NCBI RefSeq assembly: GCF_001949145.1
Contig: NW_019091361.1
Span: forward strand, 558,144 to 622,000
Direction: 5' to 3'
Length of the DNA stretch: 63,857 nt
From: Acanthaster planci
Taxonomy: Eukaryota
Shown here one piece after another: positions 1 to 11,029 of the stretch. Position numbers and translations under genes: made by a program. The notes below the pieces were generated by a model. That model made no database searches. It was not told the DNA's origin and was given only the letters and a program-made list of their open reading frames with translations. The first letter of the stretch is position 1, and every line of letters begins with the position of its first letter.

Positions 1-1801
1 TAATAAAGCCACAACATGAGTTCTGGTTTGTTTATTTTTAAATAAAAGAAGGGCACTCACAAGCAATAACGTTTCCCCATACCCTGGCAGAGGGTGAATC
101 CAGAACCAATTTTTGTGTAGGGTGGGGGGGGGCCAAGTAATTTGGGAATTTCTTTATGTAACCTTTCATGACCTTACCGAGAGGTGATGCTAAATTGTGG
201 GCTTTGTCTGTATTTGGGAAGGAAGGGAAATGATCCCCCCATCTGTCAATGTATACCTTTAATACATGTATAGGAACGTATGGGATCTTGAAACTTGGAA
301 CCTTAACTACTTCCAGTAAACCAGGCATTATTTAGTTTGTTTTCCTGGCCAATCTAAGCAAAAACATGATTTTCATCAACATGCTCAAATTTGTGCATGA
401 TTGTCAATATTGTTCACACTGTTTTTTTTCACAAGTATCACATTCATTCTATCGCATTGCTTTTGTGCAAACAAGTGGGTATTTTAGTCATTCTTTTCAT
501 TTTATTGTATTCAAGTCTCAGTTTCACCAGTTATCAATTAAATTTTTTCTGACTTCAATGAATTGGTGCGATGATTTTTTACTCATTGTATTGTTTTCAT
601 TTACAGTCATTTCAAACTTCAAGTGTTCAATTAGATGCGATATATGGCTTGTTTGAGTCATTGTTGAGAATCTTTCAAGTACCATAAATGCTCTTTAACC
701 ATGGAGGGTTTGGGTTAATGGTATACATGTACATATTCCACAAACTCTTGTGTTGCTTACATAATTCCTTTTTCTTAGGACACCGTTCTGTGCAAAGCTG
801 TCTCAAGTTGGATTATTCACTTGAAATCAGTGTAGGATGTTTTTCTTGTGATTGTGTAGGTACATTTAATGCACCAGGTTGGACAATTTGATGTCCTGGG
901 GATCCTCTATACCATTGATGATGGTTTCATTGCTGATAATTCTGGCCATCCCAAATGAAAAAAATTGCATAAGTACGTACAACTATCACAACCATCATTT
1001 TGTAATGAAAGAAAATTTGGTTTTATTCCCTTTGCATTATTTTATTCACATTTTGCCTGCTTTCCTTTCCATATGCAAATACAAATCAGGAAGCATTGTA
1101 CCAAAACTAACCATGGCTTTGTGTTCACTTGAAAACGTTTGTTCTTGTTTCCTCGAATATTTACAAATATTTGATTTTTCTTCCTGGAAAATCCACTTTG
1201 ATAATTGCGAATAAAAATCAAGTTGTGTGATATGCACGAGACAAATTTGAAAAGAGGCAAGTTGGAATTGCTGGTTGATTAAATTGAATTCTTGATCAAT
1301 CTCTCCCCGAGGTGTCTGTCCAAATTGAATGAATGCAAGGGCTAAGTTGACTTTGAATCAAGAAATTTTGTAAATGACTGCTCGAAAATGAAATTGAATG
1401 ACACACTTTGATGTTTGAATATGGATAAAAAAGGGAAGTTCAATATGAAATTAATTTAAATGAGCCTTGTATTGAACTGAATATTTTTTAAATGAAATTG
1501 GCCAGGAACCAACAAATAGAATTTAAAAATGACAAAGAAGCTGTAAATTAAAATTTTGTAGATAATTTTAATAATTGCTTCTGCTTTCTGTTTTCCTTAA
1601 GACACAGAGAAAAAATTTTCGGATTTAATTTCCATGCCGACTTATTCATGTATTTCTTGCTCATTATTTTTCAAATATAGTTTGTTTGCATACAAATGTA
1701 CTACACTGTACATGTATATACATTTATGAGTAAATTGCGCACGAGTCCACCACCTTGACCAGAAAAAAAATCACTTTAGTGATTATGGAACAGCTGAAAT
1801 G

Positions 1802-4800
1802 TTTATTGAATGTAGAAACAAGCGACTGACACAAAAGGAAATAAGACAAGGCAAAACTGATCTTCTTGAAGAAATATTGGACCATTCGGTGCTTATTTAT
1901 TGATACTCTTAATAATGAAGTTGAAGAGATAATATACTCCAAGAGTGCAAGACACGTAGACAGGTGAAGACGAATAATAGAAGGCAACGATACGTGAGAG
2001 CCCACTCAAGGGAAGAAAAAACAGTGAATAACAACAATTGCCCCCCTTACAGGGGTATCAACTCAACACGGTCCACACAGTTACAGTATCATGTTAATCA
2101 CTATGTACATAATGTACAAGAAGAAATGGGGGCGTCTAATACCTACAGGCAATTGGCTTACAAATGACAGGTACACAATGTGTCCATGTAACAGTATACA
2201 ACTGAAAATGTCAACCTATAATTGAAAATTGTTGTGTTTGAATGGCTTTAGTTCTTCAAACAAGGGTTTGGCTTGGTTATCAGTGAACAAGGTTCTCCTT
2301 GTAAGCAGAAGACATGCTTGTAATTAAAACATATTTCTGCCAATTTTAAACACCAAACTATGCATGCATAACCACAACATTGCTACAGTATATTCCCTCA
2401 TTTATGTACAAAAAAATGATCATGGCTGTTGTTGACGTCAAACGAAAAATCCCTGTAAACAGAAAATGGGAAAGAGATTTTGAAACCTCACCATGCTAAT
2501 GTCTATTTTAAAATGTAATGCATGGCCTGTGCTTCCTAGCAGTGATCCTGAAAACACCGCCTTGGCTACCGAAAGATTGGCGACTGGCAACGATTGGGAG
2601 ACATAGTATCTGAAAATCCAGTCCACTTCTTCATACTCTGATGCGATCGCTGAGGGAAACTGTGACAATATTCAGTTTGATTTGTGCCCTACATGGAGTC
2701 TAGAGAGCTATTGTATACTTCCCTGCTATCTATCATCAGATATCATAACTAATGTGAAAAGCCTTGGTAATCACGCAAACATAAAATTTTTAACGACAGT
2801 TGAAAAGAACAATTTGGTCATCTGGAATCCAGAGCCATCCCCCCTAACAGTCTGGAAGCCCACAGTAATACATCCCCCAAATTACAGATCGTGGAAATTG
2901 TCCATGTAACAAAACTTGACCAGAATAGTTTCTTTTTCCCCTTTTCATATTTTGTCCAACAACCGCCATGGAAAGAAATTCTACAACACAACTGTACTAA
3001 TGCTTATCACTACCTCCAAATGGTCACATTCATTATATTTCAGTTTTTTTGGTCAGTGCAGCAGTTTTTTCAACTAGTGTGTATTCTTTTTAATAACATC
3101 AATCTCAACAATCTCTCAATAAAACAGGGCAGTGACTGGCCCAAAATTTGGCACAACGTCCATTCGGTACAATGTTTTAAAGTCAGAATAACCTACTCAG
3201 GGATGCAAAATAAGTGTAGTGTGCATGTACACTAACTTTCGTAAAGAAACGTTACAAGTGGATCTACCATTTGTTACTGCAAAAAACTGAACACCACATG
3301 AATATTTTACATTGTGAACTCTCACATTGCATTAGCCTGCATAATACTGCTGGAGTTGCCTACTGAGGTTCCTAAGCTTTTCAGAAAAAAAAAAAAAAAA
3401 TATTCGGAACAATACATCTCTGCATGACATAATTCTTTGCAAGGAACAGTATCATTGTTATCTGTACCATTTACTCATTCAGGGTCCAAACGTGACAAAT
3501 ACTTGATGCACAGACAGTCATATACAATTTGGAACACAAATAAATAGCACAATATGAACAAATGGCACAAGGTGGCGGGGGATCAGCGAGCTCAGACAAC
3601 ATGAGGTTAATTGAGACGTCAAGTCTGATACAAACCATGCAAAGACAAAATTCGGATGGAATGCTGCACCTGACTGCTATGGTGCCTACCTGTTTCTCTC
3701 TTCTTTCACATCATCAATCTTGATGGTGATCAACCCATCCATTTATATCACCCCAGGCTTTTTGTTTGGTTTTGTTTATGGGCTGTACTTTCATACATGT
3801 TTGCACTTTCTTGTATTTCTGTGGCTAGCCTCTTCAAGACAGATGAATACCATTCTTAAGAAAAACACACATCTGGAATGGCACACAATGGTAGTCTCAA
3901 CATTTTGCCGAAACCGAAGCGGCTCAACTCTAACCATCTTGTGATTTGCTACACCTCGGGCAGTTTATTGATCATAATTTAGAAAAACCCATATCTATTT
4001 GGACAGTGAATATTGTGTTGGAAGCTAAGAAACCTGCAGTACTAAATTACATCTCAGCCACCTATTGAAGAAAATAAAAGATATAAAGACACACAACTTT
4101 TGCACTCAAAGCAGGCTGTGATCCAAATCATACTGCATGAGAATTTTCAAACCACAGGTTCTGTAGTCTTAACAAATCAGACAGAATTTATCTCTAAAGA
4201 GATAAAAACTTTTTTTCTGTCAGCAAGCTGCACATACGACTTTCAGTTGTTGAAGCTGTAAATGTAGAAGAAATTGACACAAAGGTGAAAGACACTGTAA
4301 TTTGGTAGAGCAATTGGGTCTCAAACGAAAGCACAATAACTCAACGTTCTCTGACTTTCAAGGCCAAGGATCGAGGTTACGAGAAGTAGGGCAGCGCAGG
4401 AAGAAGTGTCAGGGAAAACTGAGAAAGTGAAAGGAAAGGAAACAGGATAGAAACAGGAAAGAAAGACCAGAAAGTTATGACAGGTCAGAGGAAAACTACA
4501 GACCTCACTTGGGGAAAAAAAATCATGAATTGTATTATTATTGTTCATCATCTCCTTACTGTGATTATTTTGGGTTGAGAAAAATTGCCAAGTTTAAAAA
4601 GTAATCCATCAACAAAATATTTGATTTCAAATAATATTGGTGAACGCTTTTCGGAGTGCAAGATTCACATGGTGTAGAATGTCCACATGCATGGGATTGT
4701 TAATCATGTCCAATATGGAGGAAATTTTTTGTTGAGGAATAACAAAATAAGAATCGTCAAAATGAAACATAATATTGTCTGATGTGTAACTGTTACTTGA

Positions 4801-7035
4801 TGCCCAAGAGTGATTCTTAATCATAGTTTATAGTTTTGGAACTTAATCTTCGAGTCTGTATACATGAGTGGTATATCTGGCAGGCTTACTTTACTGCTTA
4901 GCTAAACTGGAGCCAAGCAAATAAGTCTGATTGGCTGAACATTTGCTCAATCTGCTCCCAGGCAATTTACATCGCACGATTTTTGGCCTAGCAGCTTGAT
5001 TTTTTGTGAAATAAAACTTTGGGCTAAGCAACGTTGTGTTCTGAGCTACAATACATCTCCACTACAAATAGTTATTCTCAGCATGGTATCAAGATTTTTT
5101 AAGTACCTGTTAACACTAAACCAGGAATGGCAACTTATCTAGGCTTGTTTCATTTGCTATCTCCGGTTGAACAAACATGTATCTCCTTTATCATGAGGTA
5201 GATAGTTGGGCTAGGACTGGAAAGTAAATTATGCAAAGCTGACAGCCTACTGACTACTGCATGTTCTATCCAATCCGATGTAATACAGCCCTTATTAAGT
5301 GAAAACTGCAGTTGTTTTGGAACCCACGAGAGAACAAGAAAATGTCCAGAGGGGAAAAATATACGAAATATCACAGGGACACAATTTTTTACCAAAAAGC
5401 CACAAATGAGACCAGATTAAAAACAAGGAAATTCAAGATTTACAACTTAGAAAATAAAGCCTGTCCACAATCTGTGATTGGGTATAATTCATTTCAAACA
5501 TTGGTGAATTCAAATTCACATAATTAAGGCATTAATCATCATCAAAAACCTATTTTTTACATAAAAATCATATGTACATGTCCATAGCAACCAATCACGT
5601 TTACTGCTAGACTAGGCTGGCATTACCTCAACACACAGAATCTGTGCAGGATTGGTGAATGTTAAAAACCCAGGAGGAACATCAATTAACGACTTGTCAA
5701 TGTTGCAAATACATATTCAATAGTTTGCACATCCAAAGATGTCTACATCTCATCTTTTCATCTGACATTGTTGGCAATTAACTTTTGGCACATCACTAAT
5801 ACATCTCTGGAAGCACAAACAATTTCAACCAAATCCATTCTCTTCCCCATCATTTTTTCCCCAAATATTAACTTCAGAGGCTTCTTCCCATGGTTTGTTT
5901 TCTCTTCAAAATACAGACGGTAACACCACCAACCCCTGTTAGGTCAGTGTGCGAACATTCTAGGCATATGTGACTTTAGGTGTTTCTTATTCAGCATGGT
6001 GTAGATTTTTGTGGTTGAAGATAATCATTCCATCAATCCCGAACCTTTAATTTGGTATTTTGAGGTTGCTAGTCTTTTTCTGCCCTTCAACAAGCTTAAA
6101 ATACACTGACCAACAAATTAGAATGACTGAGAGGAAAATTAAAGTGTCTAAAATAGTTTTATTGTCCTTTTAGCCAAGAAGAAATTCATTTACCCCTCCT
6201 CCAACGGATAAAAGAAACTTCATTTGTATGGTTTACAATGGCAGGTCTACAGGTCTTTTGGGGAGCAAGCAACAAATTTCGATGGAGACCTGTCCTTGGT
6301 GATTTGATACGAGGGCTGGTACAAACCTCATCACTCCCGACATTTTATTGGTTGCTATGAACCACATTGCCTTCATTCCTGGGCTTTAATTGGCTGGGCC
6401 TAGGGGGCATGCTTCAGGTGAGGTTTGCAGCAATACCAAAAGATGACATCACAAGGCCTTGAGGCACTGGTTGATCCTGGGCACCAGGTTAGAAAGGCTA
6501 CTCTATTTGCATTCACGTCAGGTCTGGTGTCCTGTCTGCACGACCATTTTCTTCTGTTCCTTGTTACTTTCATCACTGTCTTCCACTCCCGATTGCTGCC
6601 ATGACTGGGTGTGTATAAAGCGTTGAGTGTGGATTTGTTCTGTGGTTTGACATTCTGGTGTGGTTGAGGTCATGCATTCACCGTGCCTCTATAATAATCT
6701 TTCTTTTGTCTCTTATTCAGTGCGCTAGTCTAATACACTTAGAGACCTTTTACGTTTGTTAACTACGACCTTAAGACACATATAGTTCTATCACTTAAAG
6801 AACACTAGGTCAGCTTTTAGTTTTAATCCAAAAGCTTGCATATGCCATACAATTTCAGGTCCATGGCATGCCACATCTCTTGGATGATAGCTATTCACTG
6901 CCCAGATTATAAACACATTGATGATTTGTCCAATACATGTGCGAGAAAGTTTGTCATTTCTGTTCGTTTTGGCACAGACCCCACTTCCTCCTGAGCTCAC
7001 TTGGCTTTCCCATCTCCCCCCTTCCTTGCCGGTCA
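1802..7035 (-). other. Probable 3' UTR of the nuclear receptor gene; length uncertain
   Basis: No credible ORF downstream of the stop. Minus-strand AATAAA at 6349-6344, 6163-6158, 3969-3964, 1901-1896 and 1807-1802, the last followed by T/GT-rich sequence. The site actually used cannot be determined from sequence. Confidence 0.35.
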
Positions 7036-7280
7036 TCAGACATTGAAAATCTCTGTTATAAGTGGGAAGAGGTTCTCAAACTGTGAGTCGGGCAGCTTCA
7101 TCTGCATCAGGTCGTTGATGTGCCTTGTAACCAAGTCTCTGACATCCGTCAGCTTCATGATCAGCTTAGCAAAGAAGACCTTGTCTTCAGGATGGTTGAC
7201 CTTAGTTAACATCTGCAAGGTCTCCACCATGGGTCGTTGGATCCTCTCCACGTCTTCATGATTTTCAATGTCTGGCCGAT
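7036..7280 (-). CDS. Nuclear receptor last coding exon: helices 9-12 with AF-2
   Basis: Acceptor tttgtttctctag|AT completes G+AT = D, giving the NR1 motif SPDRP across the junction. It reads on through FFAKLIMKLTDVRDL and the AF-2 helix FPLITEIFNV. Stop TGA at 7038-7036, followed by a second TGA. Confidence 0.93.
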
Positions 7281-7570
7281 CTAGAGAAACAAAGATGTGG
7301 GAAAAAGGACAGAAAAGACAGAAATAAATATTACCAGTGTCCAAAATGCTGCGGTAGAACACAGTTTACTTGTTCATTTTTACTGTGTCCAGTTTGATTT
7401 CCTATCATTTATTCTCTAAACTAACTGCCAGGTTTAAACCGGACCTTGCTAGTTTTAGGACAAAACTGTGAAGTTAATTAGTTCACTTGTAAACGCAAGT
7501 CATTCACATTAAAATATGACAGCTCTTTAGGAGGTGATGTACATGTATGCAAGCTGTTCCCAACCTGAAA

Positions 7571-7802
7571 GGGCCAATTTCATAGTGCTGCTTAAGCAAA
7601 ATATATGTTTAAGCGTGAAAAAACCTTGCTTGACAAATCAGGTTACCAGCCAAAACATCTTGTAATGTGTGTAGTTTTAGAATGGTATTTACCCGTCTTT
7701 TGGTTAGCATGACAATCATAGCTGGCAACCTTTGTTTATCAAGCAATGTTTTTTTCATGCTTAAGCAAATTCTGTGCTTAAGCAGCTTTATGAAATTGGC
7801 CC
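7571..7802. mobile_element. Palindromic MITE with ~80-bp imperfect terminal inverted repeats
   Basis: Left end GGGCCAATTTCATAGTGCTGCTTAAGCA matches the reverse complement of the right end (GGGCCAATTTCATAAAGCTGCTTAAGCA); similarity continues inward to about GGTTACCAGC/GGTTGCCAGC. Non-coding. Confidence 0.8.
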
Positions 7803-8609
7803 ATGTGCTATTACAACCTAATGGCTGACTATCTTTACAAAATCTATGCAAGTTCCATGAAAAAGTTCCAATTCTCCTCTTACAATGAAGCCCCAGTTTT
7901 TATTTCCCACATGATAGTGCCTTTTTTTAAACTACCCAGTAATTTGCCTTCTATGTTTAGCCCTATACCAAGTAACGTTTTCTTTGAATACTGATAAATG
8001 GCTACAGCTAACTTAAATAAGTCATTAGATTTGAATATTCAGGGTATTGTTTTAATTAGTGTGTATAAGCTGGGCATGTTTGTTCATGTTAAGAAAGTCA
8101 TAAATAGCTGTGTATGAATGAGTTACAAGATTTTTTTTACAATTAAGGCTTCAATTTCTGGATTAAAACAGAAAAGAACTGAAATACATGTGACCAGTTA
8201 AAGAGACACAACTATTTTGGAACTGTGCCAAATTAGGAAATTAAGGTGGGTGGGACTTAGGTGACAACAGGGATTTCTGGAAAAGGAAGTGAACACAGGA
8301 ACCTGGATAACCAGGAAAGAGGAAGGTTGGATGTCCTTGACTTCTTGAACATAAAGAAGGAATGATTACTAGGTATCAGATAATAATGAATTGACAAAAT
8401 TATGAGGAAAAATGTCTAAATACTTTAGTGTAGTGGAGGAATCTGCACCATAACCTAATGGTCTGAAAAGAAGCAGCTTCATTATGATCTGCTGTAAACA
8501 TATATATTTATGAGATGTTCACTACAGAAAGTACCAAGACGAGTCCGATGTTTAATATTTTTACATGTGCCAGTATTGTTTCTGTAATTTTTCAAAGCTG
8601 ATGTAATGT

Positions 8610-9190
8610 TTAACCACTTGCTGCCGGGTGGTTTGAAAAATTCAGTGCACATATTCGGGACTTTTTCAAGGTTTTCAGTTTTCAAAATTCTTCAAAAATT
8701 CATCATGTCAAATAACTGAATGTTTACACCCACACGAATTACTCTCTGGTGGCCACTCTAGTCTGACAGACAAAATTTATTGATGCCCGAGTATTTCAGC
8801 CAGGCCTGCAGCCTTGCAAAATGAGCCCAGATTGTGCAGTGTTATATAACTTTCGTTTTGTTCACGAACCTGGCACAGTGCGCTGTTGACCTCTTTTCAA
8901 TAGGGGCCAGATTAGCGTTCAGCTGTGCTGTGTGGCTCATCGCTGCGGTGGTGGAGCGCTTTTGTCCCTGGTGGTTATCTGCTTACACTAAATGCCTGAA
9001 ACCGTGGTATACTGTTTCAAAACAAGGCTGGATTATCTCCACTACTGAGAGTGAAAAAATGTTGGTAATTCCAAGCAGCCTGGTCTTTTGTTCCGATTAT
9101 GGTCTTTTGTTACAAGGCCCAGTTCCCTTTGTCCGATTTTGGAGACTCCACATGGTGCCCGAAACCGGAGTCCTCGGCGGCAAGTTATTT
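8610..9190. mobile_element. Non-autonomous TIR element (TTAA-flanked, piggyBac-like MITE), copy 1
   Basis: Starts TTAACCACTTGCTGCC and ends ...GGCGGCAAGTTATTT. Colinear, diverged similarity with 10025-10532, e.g. TTTTCAATAGGGGCCAGAT, AGCGCTTTTGTCCC, TTTCAAAACAA, GTCTTTTGTTACAAGGCCCAG. Confidence 0.7.
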
Positions 9191-9307
9191 TACCAGTTGT
9201 ACTACGATTAATTTATTATTAGTCTTTGCTGGGCACCTTGGGGAAAAACACTGTTACACTGAAAGGTTTGCTCAGGGCAAACATCTTACTGTATGAGAGA
9301 CTGATTA

Positions 9308-9498
9308 ATGAGAAATAGGTTTGCGCGTACACAATCGAATCAATCTCTTTTGGGCGAGGTGTGGTTCTTAAAAGAACCAGTGAGTGTTAACTCGACGTTT
9401 CGGCCAGTGTGCTCTAGCCATCCTCAGGAGAGTGTGCTCCTCTGAGGACTCTCCTAAGGACGGCCAGGCCATGGTATACCCGCAAACCTACTTCTCAT
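9308..9498. mobile_element. Small inverted-repeat element carrying a hammerhead motif, likely derived from a Penelope-like element (PLE) or retrozyme
   Basis: 25-bp terminal inverted repeats 9308-9332 / 9474-9498 (22/25 match), an inner inverted pair 9417-9433 / 9448-9464 (15/17), and a hairpin TGGTTCT-TAAA-AGAACCA. Confidence 0.65.
9391..9430 (-). ncRNA. Minimal type I hammerhead ribozyme
   Basis: Minus strand reads CUC-CUGAGGA-U-GGCUAG-AGCACA-CUGGCC-GAAA-CG-UC-GAG. This gives the core boxes CUGANGA and GAAA, a 6-bp stem II with one G-U pair, palindromic ACGU at stem III, a GUC cleavage triplet and a 3-bp stem I (CUC/GAG). Confidence 0.72.
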
Positions 9499-10024
9499 GT
9501 CTCTTCCACCATGCAAAGCTTCAAATCTTACTTAGACTGATTAACATTGTGAGAATTATCATGAACACTTGTTCAGCTTCTGCACCTGTTACATGTATTA
9601 GGTTTACAATTTGACTGAAAGTGTGGAGGATTTCGAAGCTCGGCTTAATCACTGATTGATTCAAATGTACTTTCAACTGTTAGATTTTTGAAGTTCAGAA
9701 TGCATATTTCTCTAAAACATTGTTGGTGATTTTGAAGGAATGCTTTTTGTACTGTTCTTATGCTCTGTTGACAAGGAGTTCCTTAAATGATAACATCAAA
9801 ATAGCACCCTCGAGCACAGGTTGATGAAAGTAGTTTCTGAGAATTGAAAAACCACTTGTTTTCGCACGCAATAGCAAGTATCCAGATGTTGTTTGTATTA
9901 TTGTAACCAGTGTTGGAGTCGAGTCCATCACAAGTCCTTTCACATCGGTAGTCATAAGTAACAGGGTGAACAATGATGAAAGATTTCTTTTGTCACAGGT
10001 CAATTGAGACCCTTGTGAATTGGC

Positions 10025-10532
10025 TTAACCACTTGCTGCCAGGTGCCTTTGAAAATGCAGTGTCTAAAACTGGGCGATTTTCAACATCTTCGGTTTTCAA
10101 AAATCTTCAAAAATTCATATTTTTTTTTCTTGAACACTTAAACCCCATTGAAAGACTGTCTGGTGGCTACTCTAATCTGACAAGCAACACCTATTGACGC
10201 CAAAGTGTTTCTGCCAGGCCTGGCGTCTTTTCAATAGGGGCCAGATGAGCGTGCAGTGGTATTGTATTGCTCATCACTGAAGCGCTTTTGTCCCCGGTGG
10301 TAATCTGCTTGCCCTGAATGCCACAAACAGTGGTATAATCTTTCAAAACAAAGGCAGATTTCCTCCGCTATTGACAACTGAAAAAAGTTGGCAATTCCCA
10401 GCAGCTCAGTCTTTTGTTCCAACTATAGTCTTTTGTTACAAGGCCCAGCTCTTTTGTCCAATTTCGGGCACCCTGGCTATATGTACAAACTCAAGGTATC
10501 CAAAACTGGGCTCCCCAGCAGCAAGCGGCTAA
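10025..10532. mobile_element. Non-autonomous TIR element (TTAA-flanked, piggyBac-like MITE), copy 2
   Basis: Starts TTAACCACTTGCTGC and ends GCAGCAAGCGGCTAA (reverse complement TTAGCCGCTTGCTGC, 13/15 match to the left end). Same orientation as copy 1. Confidence 0.72.
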
Positions 10533-10735
10533 TTTAAGACAGAATTACTTATTATGGACTTACAGGGACTTGTGATGGACTTATAGGGACTTGTGATGGA
10601 CTTACAGGGACTTGTGATGGACTTACAGGGACTTGTGATGGACTTACAGGGACTTGTGATGGGCTTACAGGGACTTGTGATGGACTTATAGGGATATAAG
10701 ACTTAAAGGTTTTCATGGTGAAAGAAACTAGATCT

Positions 10736-10787
10736 ATAGTAAAGATTGCGGTAACACCATACATGGTGTTACCGCAATCTTTACTAT
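10736..10787. repeat. Perfect 25-bp inverted repeat with 2-nt spacer
   Basis: ATAGTAAAGATTGCGGTAACACCAT-AC-ATGGTGTTACCGCAATCTTTACTAT. Confidence 0.95.
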
Positions 10788-10876
10788 GGACTTATAGGGA
10801 CTTGTGATGGACTTATAGGGACTTGTGATGGACTTACAGGGACTTGTGATGGACTTACAGGGACTTGTGATGGACT

Positions 10877-11029
10877 NNNNNNNNNNNNNNNNNNNNNNNN
10901 NNNNNNNNNNNNNNNNNNNNNNNNNNNNNNNNNNNNNNNNNNNNNNNNNNNNNNNNNNNNNNNNNNNNNNNNNNNNNNNNNNNNNNNNNNNNNNNNNNNN
11001 NNNNNNNNNNNNNNNNNNNNNNNNNNNNN
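10877..11029. other. Assembly gap (153 N)
   Basis: Run of N inside the minisatellite; further single Ns at 12105 and 13322. Confidence 1.

Noticed and set aside
329..1518. Short inverted match (TTCCTGGCCAAT near 343 and ATTGGCCAGGAA near 1497) suggesting an old TIR element
   Set aside because: Only about 12 bp match clearly, and the boundaries cannot be defined by eye.
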